NCBI RefSeq assembly: GCF_001194135.2
Contig: NC_068989.1
Span: 92,534,475 to 92,598,474, forward strand
Origin: Octopus bimaculoides
Taxonomy: Eukaryota
DNA length: 64,000 bases
Direction of reading: 5' to 3'
Under the pieces are notes generated by a model, which saw nothing but the letters and a program-made list of their open reading frames with translations, had not been told where the DNA came from and did no database searches. A program made the translations under genes and the position numbers. Below are positions 11,893 through 25,641 of the stretch, piece by piece. Numbering within the stretch: the stretch's first letter is position 1; each line of letters begins with the position of its first letter.

Positions 11893-12357
11893 CATTCATT
11901 TGAATATGGAAACACAGAATATACACCCCCTAGTAATGTATCTCACTCAATCAACTTTGCGACTGAATCGTACTAATGGCTGGTCAAGTGTTGATTTAAT
12001 CACTAAATAAATGTACAAGATTGTACATAAAAAACTACTCTTGTTTAGTTAGAAGATAACCCAGTCAAACAACAAGCTGAACAACTGATTTAGACATTTC
12101 AAAAAGCATAATTAAAATTACTTTTCCCTCTTACGGACTTTAGTGTCTTCACAATGGGCAGAATACCAGAGGTGAGTCTTGTGGTTTTAATACGTCTCAA
12201 GCTGCAATAAACACTTCTTGTTTAATAGTCTTTGTTAAAACTGGTTAGCCATGAATAAATAAATTTATGTCAAACCAATGTTATTTAAAATTCATTGTTC
12301 TGTGTTTCTGTATGCGTATAGATATGTGTATATGTAGCAATTTATATGTACGCATAA

Positions 12358-12420
<63 letters not shown>

Positions 12421-12761
12421 NNNNNNNNNNNNNNNNNNNNNNNNNNNNNNNNNNNNNNNNNNNNNNNNNNNNNNNNNNNNNNNNNNNNNNNNNNNNNNNN
12501 NNNNNNNNNNNNNNNNNNNNNNNNNNNNNNNNNNNNNNNNNNNNNNNNNNNNNNNNNNNNNNNNNNNNNNNNNNNNNNNNNNNNNNNNNNNNNNNNNNNN
12601 NNNNNNNNNNNNNNNNNNNNNNNNNNNNNNNNNNNNNNNNNNNNNNNNNNNNNNNNNNNNNNNNNNNNNNNNNNNNNNNNNNNNNNNNNNNNNNNNNNNN
12701 NNNNNNNNNNNNNNNNNNNNNNNNNNNNNNNNNNNNNNNNNNNNNNNNNNNNNNNNNNNNN

Positions 12762-12801
<40 letters not shown>

Positions 12802-13367
12802 AATGCCATTAACTTCATATGTGAGAGTATATATTTGCGTCAGTAATAAATATGCGTATGTAATTATATTTGCGTATGTTCGCGTGTATGAATGAATCAT
12901 AGAATAAGTGGCAAACGTAACCATATATGTTTCAATACACAAGTGTGTAATACATTTAGAGAAATCTCTTATTGACGACAGTTTGAAATCAACTAATTTA
13001 TTGCAATGTAAATAGATTGAACAGTGATTGGGAAATTTGTAGTTTGAGCTTCAGAGTTCTGGCTTTAAAGATTCGTTTATAGGGTCTTATATTTCACACA
13101 AACTCACATGTATTCGCGCATGTGTGTGTATATGTGCATATATATATANNNNNNNNNNNNNNNNNNNNNNNNNNNNNNNNNNNNNNNNNNNNNNNNNNNN
13201 NNNNNNNNNNNNNNNNNNNNNNNNNNNNNNNNNNNNNNNNNNNNNNNNNNNNNNNNNNNNNNNNNNNNNNNNNNNNNNNNNNNNNNNNNNNNNNNNNNNN
13301 NNNNNNNNNNNNNNNNNNNTAATAATAATAATACTTATTGTTTCACAAAAGGAAAAGCAAATCTTAA

Positions 13368-13418
<51 letters not shown>

Positions 13419-13419
<1 letters not shown>

Positions 13420-13600
13420 GCGAGCTGGCGGAACCTTTTGCATCTCGGACACAATGTTTTGCGGCATTTCTTCTAGCTGTTTCGATATGAAATGCAATGG
13501 AGTTTAAATTTTCGCTCCTTCCTTCCGATGTCGATAATGAAACAGTTGACTACTGTGGTCAATGTAATCGGCTTGCCCCCTCTCAAAGTTTCTTGACTTG
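13419..13600 (+). mobile_element. tRNA-derived SINE family A, degenerate
   Basis: GCGAGCTGGCGGAA A-box-like head, GAGTTTAAATT B-box-like motif, ..ccttccgatgtcgataa..gtaatcg core shared with other family A copies. Confidence 0.6.
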
Positions 13601-13609
13601 AGCCCTGCA

Positions 13610-14200
13610 ACGGACCATTGTCCCTTCTATACATGGATCAAGAGGCAATTGGTACTTGTAAGACTTAATTTCTAAAAGGAAACTTTGCAGAAGCAAACTT
13701 ATGATGGGAGGAAATGCAATATCATTGGTAGAATTTAGGACACAATTTAATACAAAAGACAATTCAAGTGAAAGTGTTAACAATCGCCATGAGAGACATT
13801 TGAAAACCTGGTTTACGTCATTGCGCTAGAAACTTCACTGACCTTATCGAAAGAGAAGAAATTATTAAAGATTAACAGTCAACAGTGAAGGAGAGTTTTA
13901 TTCAAGGAAAAATAACGATATAGATATTTGCGATTGACTTGATTCTTGATCGAAAGAATTATCTGATCATGATCTATAAAATTTGGGACACAAACGTGTG
14001 TACGAAGAAGCTGATAATCAAGAAATCGATGAAAACGAACAAGAAACAAAAGAAATATGTTCCGTGGTATAAAAAGACTCAAATGATTTAGTAATGGCTA
14101 TCGACCTTGACATAAAAGAGAGCCTGTGTATAGACTGTTGCCACTCCAGGCAGATGTAGAGAAATTGACGGAACAGACGATTAGAGAAGAAAAGATCAAA
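13610..14200 (+). mobile_element. pogo/Tigger-like (DDE_1) transposase pseudogene fragment
   Basis: Broken frames give MDQEAIGTCKT*FLK (cf. QPMDQGVIATFKAYYL), SLVEFRTQFNTKD (cf. LREFWKDFNIKD) and acidic DIDICD..SKELSDHDL..EEADNQEIDENEQETKE, typical of the Tigger C-terminal region. Confidence 0.55.
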
Positions 14201-14583
14201 ACGCAGTTCAAATTACCCTGGTTTAGCATTCAAAAAGAATGCAACCCTTAAGATATGTTATTTCTCCAACATTTTTCTAATATACATTACAATAAAATGT
14301 ATTTCATGAAAATAAAGCTGCTCAAATGTAAACGGTTTTTCATTGTTATTTAATTTCATTGTTATTTAATTATTCTATTACTTTAAAATATGTTAGAAAC
14401 GTGCATTTAGAAATACTCAGCCAAGTGTTTTGAATGTTTTTGAGTCAGTTAATAGGTGTATATTGTAATACAAAATTAATTCAGTTCCAAACAAAACGAC
14501 GCTTCCATAAAACTAATTAAAAATGCTAATTGGATTGTACTGCATACGGAATTATAGATATATGTGTGTGTGTGTGTGTGTAT

Positions 14584-14683
<100 letters not shown>

Positions 14684-14749
14684 CCATATATACATATATC
14701 TACATATATATATACACGCACACATGTATATGTATATGTATGTATCCAT

Positions 14750-14818
14750 GCATGTATGTATGTATTTTTTCTTCTGTTTTTAATTCAAATTCTTCTGAGG
14801 AAAGAGATGGTTTCTAAC
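14750..14818 (-). mobile_element. 3' end of RLE non-LTR family 2 with (CATA)n tail
   Basis: 14801-14818 is the exact reverse complement of 59355-59372 (GTTAGAAACCATCTCTTT); homology continues to a (TACA)n tail. Confidence 0.7.
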
Positions 14819-14970
14819 AAATTTCCCCAAGACACCTGAAGAAGGCTGGAGGGTACATCAGCCGAAACGCTGTGTTAACAACAAGCAAGATGAGGACAAA
14901 TATCCGTCAAATGTAAATAATGTAAATAATGAAATAATGTGCATAATTCCTCATCTCTTAAATATAGAAC
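14819..14970 (+). mobile_element. 5'-truncated copy of HHR-bearing SINE (family C)
   Basis: Homologous to 50732-50839; ends ...gtaaataat...cctcatctcttaaatatagaac. Confidence 0.75.
14831..14876 (+). ncRNA. Minimal type I hammerhead motif (family C; U16.1->C in this copy)
   Basis: GACAC-CTGAAGA-A-GGCTG gagggtacat CAGCC-GAAAC-GCT-GTGTT; stem I GACAC/GTGTT. Confidence 0.6.
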
Positions 14971-15180
14971 TGTCCTTGTGTCGATGTTTGTGTACGTATT
15001 TAATAATAGGGGGATTTTCTATATTTATTCGAGGGGAGTCCATTTTTCCGAATGACATTGTATATTGTATTTGCGACAATGTCGTGTTGCATACGTAGGT
15101 AGTTCCTTGATGACTATTGTATGTATGTATGTATGTATCCCTATAATATTGTTTCTTAATGACATATTCGTTTCTTCTCT

Positions 15181-15377
15181 AGGCACAACACCCGAAGTTT
15201 TAGGGGGGGGCAGTCCATTAGATCGACCACAGTACGCAACTGGTACTTAATTTATCGATCCCGAAAGGATGAAAAGTAAAGCCGACCTCGGCTGAATTTG
15301 AACTCAGAACGTAAAGACAGACGAAATACCGCTACGCATTTCGTCCGGCGTGCTAACGATTCTACCAGCTCACCGCC
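15181..15377 (-). mobile_element. tRNA-derived SINE family A (Meta-domain-like core), well preserved
   Basis: Minus strand: GGCGGTGAGCTGGTAGAATCG (A box)...GAGTTCAAATTC (B box)...tttcatcctttcgggatcgataaattaagtaccag. The core label is from recall. Confidence 0.85.
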
Positions 15378-15379
15378 TT

Positions 15380-15854
15380 TCTTTTCGATGACTTATATTT
15401 CAAATACGAACAACTGCAGATACCACGAACACAAACTAGTTTTCGAGATCACACACGTGTGCCCCCTTTTGTACCTGCCCTCCCAAATGTAATATTCTGG
15501 TACTGGTTTTGCAGAAATCAAAAAACAGCTTCAGATTTTCTCCTGCTGGACCTGTCTGAAGAGTGTCAAAGATTTCATTTTCGCTGGTTAATTAAAAGTT
15601 GGATAGCCAATCGTTTCACTGGCGGAAAATGTTTAGAGACTGGTTGCTCTTTGATTCACCATGCAGCTTCAGAACTTCCAACATAATGTTTGGCTTGAAG
15701 CTGCCTCATCTTGTCAACATAATCAATAACATCATCAGCTCTATAATGTTCGATGACTGTATGATCACTCCATTTAGTAACATATTTTGGAACGCATTTG
15801 ATATTAATAAAACTGAACATAAATCAATATTGATGTCATTATGAAACCGCCGAA

Positions 15855-15896
<42 letters not shown>

Positions 15897-16250
15897 CAAG
15901 TGGCCACACATCGTTTGACATCCTCCTATGCCAGTGGGTTTTTTTAATTTTTATTTTATCCTGAGAGGCCATTGTCATGTGGACGGCGGCGGCGATATTG
16001 AAGACAGCTCTCGTTCCTTTGTTCTATGGACTGCAGAAACGGCTTCGGAAAGTTCTTGGAATACATCTTTTTCTCTCCTGTGGTCTTTATGCAAGGAATA
16101 TTCTCGCTGAAAGGTTCACACGGTCGATGGTCCATGTGAAATATAATTGTATTATAGAGCTTAGGATCTATGACGGGAATCTCATCCTCATTTTGTAAAT
16201 AAACATAGCACATTAACATGCACGGTGCCCTTCTTTTATTGCACTGACTC
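15380..16250 (-). mobile_element. Helitron RepHel pseudogene fragment (Rep/HUH region), interrupted by (TA)n
   Basis: Q*KKGTVHVNV (cf. QKRGLPHAHI); IDPKLYNTIIFHMDHRPC..PC...KNFPKPF...YRRRRPHDNG; LRRFHNDINIDLCS (cf. FNCHINVE.C.S); IKCVPKYVTKWSD; YVGSSEAAW*I...PPVKRLAIQL - collinear Helitron motifs with stops and frameshifts. Confidence 0.8.
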
Positions 16251-17349
16251 TCTTTCACCCCTTTCTTTAGGAATCTGTACACGGTTCAAAGTCCAGAAAC
16301 CTCTCTTTCTATGAATTATGGTTTAAAGCAGAGTGCAATATTTAAAACAAATTATTTCAAATTCTAAAACATGCCCTAATTTTTCTCTATGCTGACATAA
16401 TGTCACGTACTCTTGAATACAGATATACACTCGTGACTGTTTTATATTATTAAAGAAGATAAAGAACCTGAACTTCTAAAATTATTAACATAGATTGATT
16501 GCCTATCATTTTATGGGTTTTAAATTAAAATAAACTTTACACAGACTTAATTTACATACATATAAAGTCATAGAATTTTTTATGAAACAATAAAATAAAT
16601 CATTCAATGAGAATGAAAAAAATATTCATGCTCGAAAAATAATGAAATAATATTTCATATGATATCGATTTAATTTGAATTCTTAACTTTATAAAAACAG
16701 TAAAACGTTTGCATAAAATTTGTTTAAACAAATTGATAACTTTACTTAGCTTATCATAATCAAAATATTGTTTTTTTTTTATACAAATTTGAAAATAAAA
16801 GGTATAATTGTCCTGACCCACATGAAAAGTTTTCTAATCTTCATAAAAAATTTTGCTTTCTAAAAAATGTTTCTGCTTGTCGTAGAAATTTGTCTGTACA
16901 TGAAATGTGTTTGAGTCCCATCTAAATTTGGAAACCCTTACAAACTTTTCTGCTCTCACTAAATACTAAAATTTTTTTGAAGACCCTCCTCTGAAAATCT
17001 TTTCTCTCATTAAAAATTTACTGTTCCGTCGAAAACTTTTATACACATCCAAAAATGAATTTTTTTTACCTACTATAAAATTTTTTATTGCAGTCGAGAA
17101 ATCATTACAAGGCTTAGAAAATTTATTGAATTATCAGAAAACTAATACCAAGTAGCAGATCAAATTTCCCATTGCTATCTTGAATACTCAGAAGTAAATT
17201 TTAAAGTCGGGTGTCAACTTTCTGGTTGCCAAATGGAGTTCGGTTCTGAATCTTGTCAATTATATTTTTTTCATTTTAGTACGCTCTGTTTATAAGTTTT
17301 TTAGTGGACGCCTGCATACACATGGTTAGAGATATACACATCGCGATTA

Positions 17350-17390
<41 letters not shown>

Positions 17391-17444
17391 AATAATAATA
17401 TTAGGGACAAAATCCAAAATTACAGGTAAAAACTCAATTCAAAT

Positions 17445-17513
17445 CAAAACCGATTCTTTCTCTATTCGCAAGAAATCTTGAAACAAATCTGAATAATGAT
17501 ATACATACCTACA
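17445..17513 (+). mobile_element. Diverged 3' end related to RLE family 2, CATA-like tail
   Basis: aaaccgattctttctctattcgcaagaaatcttgaaacaaatctgaataatgatatacatac aligns to 59360-59423. Confidence 0.6.
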
Positions 17514-19138
17514 AATGTTCACACACCGCAGCCAGTTTCTCCACAGACTGGACGGGTGGACATAAGAGCAGAGCAATCACAGCAAATGTTTCTACCACTG
17601 AATTTACCTTTTACCCGAGGTTACATCCATACTGTGTCCCTTTTCCTTAGTTGTATGTACAACTTTCAACTCATACGCTTGCATAGCCATTATCTAATGA
17701 ACATGAAAAGAACATCAATTTTTAACAGTAACCTAATACAAAATAACGAGGCCCATTCGGTATATATACTACATCAAATCAATACTAAAATACGTTAACA
17801 AAATAGTGTAACCATCTAAGTTTTCACTTCTCCAATGGTAAAGCAATAAAACAGCTTTCTGCTTTATTGTCTTTTAGTATACCGTAAAATTATATATCCC
17901 TTTACATTACTCCCCTAACTTTTCGTTGAAATAAAAATGAACAGCTCAACAATAAACTGGTTAATGAATTGTCCAGTCATGCGTTTAAGCAAACAAAAAT
18001 GTTTCTTTTACTTTCACATTTAATTTAATAATGGAGGGAAAGAGACAAGAATGGGGAGGTTCGATGCTAGCTTTGTTGAGTCCATTCTTATCAGCAAAGT
18101 CGCTTTCGATAACTGATTGAAGCCATCTACGGCCACTGATGTTCTTTTGATAGACAACAACACGGGGGAGGGTTATTATTATGTCCTTTTAATGTATAGG
18201 GTCTTTCTTTAGTAGGTTTACTTTGAGGTACATATATACATACGTATATACACAAACACACACACATACACACACACACACACGCACATATATACATACA
18301 TATATATATACATACATAGAAAATATAGAAATACAAATGCACACACACACACACACACTGATATACATATATGTGTATTATTATGTCATTTTGCATGTAG
18401 ATTTATGAGTGTGTAAATAAGATATACACATATATATATGTGTGTATGTGTATCTGTGTATATATATATATATATATATAGATATATAGATATATAGATA
18501 TATACATGAATATATGAATATTTGTAGAATATATTCGCACAAACACGCACGTACACACAAGCATATATGAATATACATGTATGTATATACATATATGCAT
18601 ATATATATATATATATATACATGCATACATACATACATACACGTCTATTAAAGCAATTCTGTACGACCATCATTGCCAAATAAGTAAGAAAAATAACATT
18701 TAAAAAACAAGTAAAGAACATCATTCAAACAAACACTAACAAAACCGCAAATTCAATTATACAAACGGAAAAAACAAAAGCAAAGAGATAAATTTATATT
18801 AGAGAGATATTAGTTGTCTGCAAGATACTGTAATTTTATCTGGCCAGGCTAAGATATGTTTTATGGCTCTCATCTACGTATTTATTGATTTTTATTATGG
18901 TCATACGGATTTATAGCAATAAGTTGAGACAAAAGATGGTGGGGTGAGATGCGATGGGGAAATCCAAGAGGTTGCCGCCGAAAGCATTCATATAATATGA
19001 CACGTATATATGTTTGTACTCATGGGTGTGTGTATGTGTGTGTGCGTGTACGTATGTATATACATATACGTGTGTGAATCTATCCATGCATATATGCATT
19101 ATATATATATTATACATAAATATCCACACACACACACA

Positions 19139-19222
<84 letters not shown>

Positions 19223-19225
<3 letters not shown>

Positions 19226-20431
19226 GGTCATCCCAATTTTTTTCTGTTGCATGGACTAAGAGTCGGAGGGGGACGGGATAAACTACCTGCACCAACTTGT
19301 TACAAAACAGGTAGTAATCTACACTTTTGACCTTATTCTTAGTGCAACTTTTGAAGAGTGCAGTTCGATTTTAACAGTTATTTCTTTCAACGTTATAATG
19401 TAAGTGACAAAGGGGTATATTCGGTATATTTTGCTTTATGAGTTCAATAAAGGCAACAAGGCATCGGAAAGTGCGAAGAATATTAATGCAGTATATGAGG
19501 ATCGAACAATAAGTGTAAGGCAGTGTCAACGGTGGTTCCAGAAATTCCGAGCTGAAATCTACATTCTAGAAGATGAGCCTCGTCCTGGAAGATCTCGTCG
19601 TAACTGTTGCGGAACTAGCAGAGAAGATTTGACTTGGTCATTCGACCATTCATCGACACGTGCATGCCATCGGAAAAGTCAAGTAAATTAGGTCAATGGG
19701 TTCCTCGCATACTTTCCGAGTCTAATCACGCGCAGGGTGAATATCTGCTCTTCTTTACTGTCATGTCTCACGAATGAACCTTTTTGGACCGAATAGTGAC
19801 TGGTGACGAGAAATGCGTTCTCTATAAAATTGTCAAGCGCCGAAGAGAGTGGGTCGGGAAAGGAGAAACACCGGCACCCGCATAAAGTGGTGTTATATGT
19901 TTGGTGGGATATGAAAGGTTTAGTCCACTTTGGACTTTTAAACCCAAACCAAATGATAACAAAGGAGATCTATTATTGCGAGCAGCTTGAGTGGCTTAAG
20001 TGAGCGCTCGAAGAACGACGACCTTTTTTTGGTTTCGAGACCAAAGGTGTTCTTCCATCAGGATAATGCTCGGCCACATACAACGAGGAAGACATTCCAA
20101 AGGCTGGAGCACTTTGAATGGGAAACGATGCCCCACCCACCATATTCGCCAGACATTGCCCCATCTGATTATCATTCATTCCACAGTCTTCAAAATTATT
20201 TCGACGGAAAAAAATATGAATTCTGTAGACGAGGTTAGAACAAAAGGAATATTTTTCATCACAGACAATTGAATTTTGGAAAAGAAGCCTTGCATGTCTA
20301 ACAGATACATGGAAGAGCATTGTAGAACATGAAGGAGAGTATATTTTAGATTAAAAAATGACTTGGTTTAACTTAATTTTGAAAAATAAAGGAAGTATAA
20401 AAAAAAACGCATCATTTATGGGATGACCTAA
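19223..20431 (+). mobile_element. Near-full-length decayed mariner (D,D34D) inserted in (TA)n
   Basis: TIRs TTCGGTCATCCCA (19223) / TGGGATGACCTAA (to 20431); HTH YILLYEFNKGNKASESAKNI..RQCQRWFQKFR; IVTGDEK, VWWD, HQDNARPH and HPPYSPDIAPSDY with 34 aa between the last two Asp; multiple frameshifts and an internal deletion. Confidence 0.92.
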
Positions 20432-20444
20432 GACATATATATAT

Positions 20445-20518
<74 letters not shown>

Positions 20519-20520
20519 GG
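20445..20520. repeat. (GATA)n microsatellite
   Basis: Direct reading. Confidence 0.95.
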
Positions 20521-20910
20521 ACGGATGAATCGATGGATGGATGGATGGATGTACACACTGTGGCAGCCACTCATCGGGTTCGCTTTGGGGCGAACATTTT
20601 TCGATAAGAATTGTTTCCAATTTAGTCACGTGTTGAGAAAGCGGTGTGGCTGTTCAAATCCTCCCCAGGAGTTGACTGGTACGTAATATTATCGATCCAA
20701 AAGAATGAAAATTTGACCCCGACTCTATTGAATGAAGAACGTAAAGTGCCCGAACCACAGAGAGAACTACCGATTCAATCAATCCTGAACCGAGTCGCAT
20801 TAAACTGAATGTATAACAATATCCGGACGCTTGATACTGAAAATCGGGTAATTTTCAGTACATTTTAACGAAAAGGTTCAGGAATCATAGATTGATGGGC
20901 ATGCAATATC

Positions 20911-21130
20911 TTGCCTTTCATCCATTCGGGTTGGGGGGGGGGTCAAAAAATTAAGTACCAGCTGCGTGCTGGGGTCGATCTAATCGACTGCGGTTCGGCA
21001 AAAGAGACCGATAGAATAAGTACTAGGCTTACAAAGAATAAGTTCTGGAGTCGATTTGTTCGACTAAAGGTGGTGCTACAGCATGGCCGCAGTCAAATGA
21101 CTGAAACGTGTAAAAGAAGAAAAGAAGAAA
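20911..21130 (+). mobile_element. Chimeric SINE: family A core fused to family B tail
   Basis: ttgcctttcatcc...taagtaccag..ggggtcgatctaatcgact | gcggttcggcaaaagagaccgatagaataagtactagg...gactgaaac; junction near 20989. Confidence 0.7.
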
Positions 21131-22095
21131 AGATGTGTGTGTGTGTGTGTTTATATATTATACCAGCAGCTACATGTATAGTATGTATGCTTCTATACAT
21201 ATATTCATATACATACGTGTTTATATATACAGATATATATTTGCATAAACTATACATACTTATANNNNNNNNNNNNNNNNNNNNNNNNNNNNNNNNNNNN
21301 NNNNNNNNNNNNATATATATATATATACTCGCATACACACAAATACACACACACACGCACACAAACACATGCGCGCAAACACTCATCATACACATGAGGA
21401 ATTTACCAGATAATCGTATCCACCGCAGGAAACACATGAGTGGTATGGAATGACAGTGTAATTAATATCAATTAATGTAATAACAACCATTTATTTATGG
21501 ATAATTTTAAATGCGTGCGTTGAACTAATAGAAAGCAAACTGCACAGTAGGAAGAGTAAATGGGTTGGCTGAAGGCATTGCGAAACCGTTTTATTTTGGT
21601 GCATTGTCATGGTAATAAAACTAAACGAAATAGATGAATATAATCGGATACTGCTGTCATAGGTACAGAAGGTTGTAGGTATTATGCAGTCAGATAGAGT
21701 CAAATGAGATAAGATAAAAAGACATAACATTAAGGAATTATCTAGAAAAGAAGACTTAAGGTCGTCAAAATGTGTGCTTAAAACTAAGCTAAAATGTTGG
21801 TAATAATACTCTAGCTCTATATAAATGTCATTCAGTGGTCTTTTATTCTTTTTCCTAGTTTCAGAAATTGGTTTACGGCCAAGCTGGAGCAGAGTTATCA
21901 CTGGTTTTAATCGATTATATCGGCGTTAAGAGATATATATATTACCATCTGGTACTTATTTGATTGTTGCTTTTTTAAAAATCGAATGGCTGTGTTACTT
22001 TTTGATTAAACGAGACACAACTCGGTTAACTGCAGAACACACACACACACACATACACGCACAAACACACACACCTCGTTCGCGCGCACACGCGC

Positions 22096-22136
<41 letters not shown>

Positions 22137-22712
22137 CACACATACACACATACACGCACGCAGACACATTCTAGGCGTAGCTTGGATTAAAAGAAGAGAG
22201 AAATATGAGAGAAGAGACAAAGCGAAGAAGCAAGATTTGTTAATGTATACGATGGGATGCCGAAAAGTTTCTGGCTTTGGGTAAAACAAAATACATGATT
22301 CTTTCCAACTTATNNNNNNNNNNNNNNNNNNNNNNNNNNNNNNNNNNNNNNNNNNNNNNNNNNNNNNNNNNNNNNNNNNNNNNNNNNNNNNNNNNNNNNN
22401 NNNNNNNNNNNNNNNNNNNNNNNNNNNNNNNNNNNNNNNNNNNNNNNNNNNNNNNNNNNNNNNNNNNNNNNNNNNNNNNNNNNNNNNNNNNNNNNNNNNN
22501 NNNNNNNNNNNNNNNNNNNNNNNNNNNNNNNNNNNNNNNNNNNNNNNNNNNNNNNNNNNNNNNNNNNNNNNNNNNNNNNNNNNNNNNNNNNNNNNNNNNN
22601 NNNNNNNNNNNNNNNNNNNNNNNNNNNNNNNNNNNNNNNNNNNNNNNNNNNNNNNNNNNNNNNNNNNNNNNNNNNNNNNNNNNNNNNNNNNNNNNNNNNN
22701 NNNNNNNNNNNN

Positions 22713-22777
<65 letters not shown>

Positions 22778-24112
22778 GTGTGTGTATATGTTTGTGTGTA
22801 TATGTTTGTATGGCCGCAGTCAAAAGACTGAAACAAGTAAAAAGAGTAAATGGTGTGTCTTAAATAATGTTTTTTAGAATTTAACGTCATCATTTAATTC
22901 ATCCATATTCGGGTCTGTTCGTAAGTTTTGTTTCCTTCAAAAGTATGAGCAGTTTCAGATATACAATAACATTATATAGACTTGATAAAAATATTTGAAA
23001 AGAAATATTCCTTTCTTTGTTCGTAGATAAAAAAAAAAGAACCTTGAAAATATGCTTAAATATAAACAACCTGCTTTATTTCAGATCAGATAAAACTATG
23101 AGATTTACCTAGAGATACCGCAGTGTGTTATGAATACGCATGATGTATATTTTCACAGCGAAGTTTTTCCTTTTTGTCCAAATCTAAATGCACCATCTTT
23201 TCTTCAGTCAAATGCTGTAGGAAACACGGGAAGACATATTCCATTATAGCGATATCTGTTCATATCGGCGACTTTGGTAAGTGTAACACAGATACATGGC
23301 TATCAACGTCGAGCTTTTGCGACTGCTGTCTTCGACGAACTCAGTTCATAAGCTATTCCATACACAATTGTGGATCTCGCTTCTTTTTAGTTAAAATTAT
23401 TTTATACGTAAGACAGACAGATATATTTCATTGGCCGTTCTGTCTTTTTGACATGCAAGATAAATTTTGCTCATAAATGTCATTACAAAATTATATATGT
23501 CATTTTCTGTAGCAATTTTTAATTACTTAATTACTGATTTATTTTCATTTAATTTCAGCTTTTGAAACCAGTGTATTTATATAGAGCATCAATTCGGAAA
23601 TTTCATTTAATTCGTCGTGGTGAAGATTTTACTAAAATTTAAGTGATTTGACAAACTTATAAAAACAGATATTATATTTAAATATATTGAGAAGTTTGTC
23701 TTTGTTTAGAAATTTCGCTAGGAAAAGAAGAACTCTGGTGTAACACCCAAGAATTGGTTTGCATCTACTGATGTAGAATAATACTTTTGTGCAAGAGCAT
23801 GTGTTGTTCATAAACTGGGACTGACTCCATACAAGGCGTTCCCTTTTCTTTAAAAACCTCCAAGTATAGGTCAGACATCGCTTGACTTTTAACATCTCTA
23901 TTGGGCGTTCTATAACTGTGGCGGGTTGTAACAAAAGAATGCAAAACGCTCAATGAAAAATAACAATTCATTGCAGACTAATGGCAAAAAAGCTCCGAAA
24001 CGGATAGTGAAAGGGTCTGGCTTGGCAGATGTCCCACGGCACTGCAGCCTGGGCTTCATCATCATTTTCCTTCTGCGAGACTGCTATGGATACCTATCTA
24101 TCTATCTATCTA

Positions 24113-24163
<51 letters not shown>

Positions 24164-24888
24164 NNNNNNNNNNNNNNNNNNNNNNNNNNNNNNNNNNNNN
24201 NNNNNNNNNNNNNNNNNNNNNNNNNNNNNNNNNNNNNNNNNNNNNNNNNNNNNNNNNNNNNNNNNNNNNNNNNNNNNNNNNNNNNNNNNNNNNNNNNNNN
24301 NNNNNNNNNNNNNNNNNNNNNNNNNNNNNNNNNNNNNNNNNNNNNNNNNNNNNNNNNNNNNNNNNNNNNNNNNNNNNNNNNNNNNNNNNNNNNNNNNNNN
24401 NNNNNNNNNNNNNNNNNNNNNNNNNNNNNNNNNNNNNNNNNNNNNNNNNNNNNNNNNNNNNNNNNNNNNNNNNNNNNNNNNNNNNNNNNNNNNNNNNNNN
24501 NNNNNNNNNNNNNNNNNNNNNNNNNNNNNNNNNNNNNNNNNNNNNNNNNNNNNNNNNNNNNNNNNNNNNNNNNNNNNNNNNNNNNNNNNNNNNNNNNNNN
24601 NNNNNNNNNNNNNNNNNNNNNNNNNNNNNNNNNNNNNNNNNNNNNNNNNNNNNNNNNNNNNNNNNNNNNNNNNNNNNNNNNNNNNNNNNNNNNNNNNNNN
24701 NNNNNNNNNNNNNNNNNNNNNNNNNNNNNNNNNNNNNNNNNNNNNNNNNNNNNNNNNNNNNNNNNNNNNNNNNNNNNNNNNNNNNNNNNNNNNNNNNNNN
24801 NNNNNNNNNNNNNNNNNNNNNNNNNNNNNNNNNNNNNNNNNNNNGGCGACTGAAACAAATAGTTAATAAAAGACAAAAGATATAAATA

Positions 24889-24934
<46 letters not shown>

Positions 24935-25079
24935 TGTGTACATATATACAAATATATATATATAGAGAGAGAGTTACATGCATATATATATACATACATT
25001 AATATGCGTGTGTTTGTGTTGCAATTTAATACATTCTAAAGATGGTCTTTTGGGATTGTAGTCAATAATTCTTTTTTTA

Positions 25080-25198
<119 letters not shown>

Positions 25199-25641
25199 TG
25201 CTGTTGTTATTATTATCATCATTATTATTGCTTATACATATATATCGGCGGGGTATTTATGGCATACTAATTTCATCAGCCCCCATATAAACCATTCTTA
25301 GCATCATATTGTGTTTTGTAGGAAACCCTGAAAGACATAGTTTGTCTAGAGACATAAGTTATTGCAGAACTCTGCGAAAGATAATGCCATATTTTATATT
25401 ATCGGCTTTATTCTCTGTATAAGGAAGTATAAGATATTCTAAGGAAGACACAGTTCTTTCAAATTTATACATGTATGTGTATTATATATATTTGTGTGCG
25501 TGTGTGTGTATACGTGTAGTTTTCACTCTTTATACATGTGCATGTATAAAGGTATACATATGTATTTATCGGTATATATGTATTTACACTCACATACACA
25601 CACACTCACACATAAATCCGTATGTATGTATTTACAATAGG

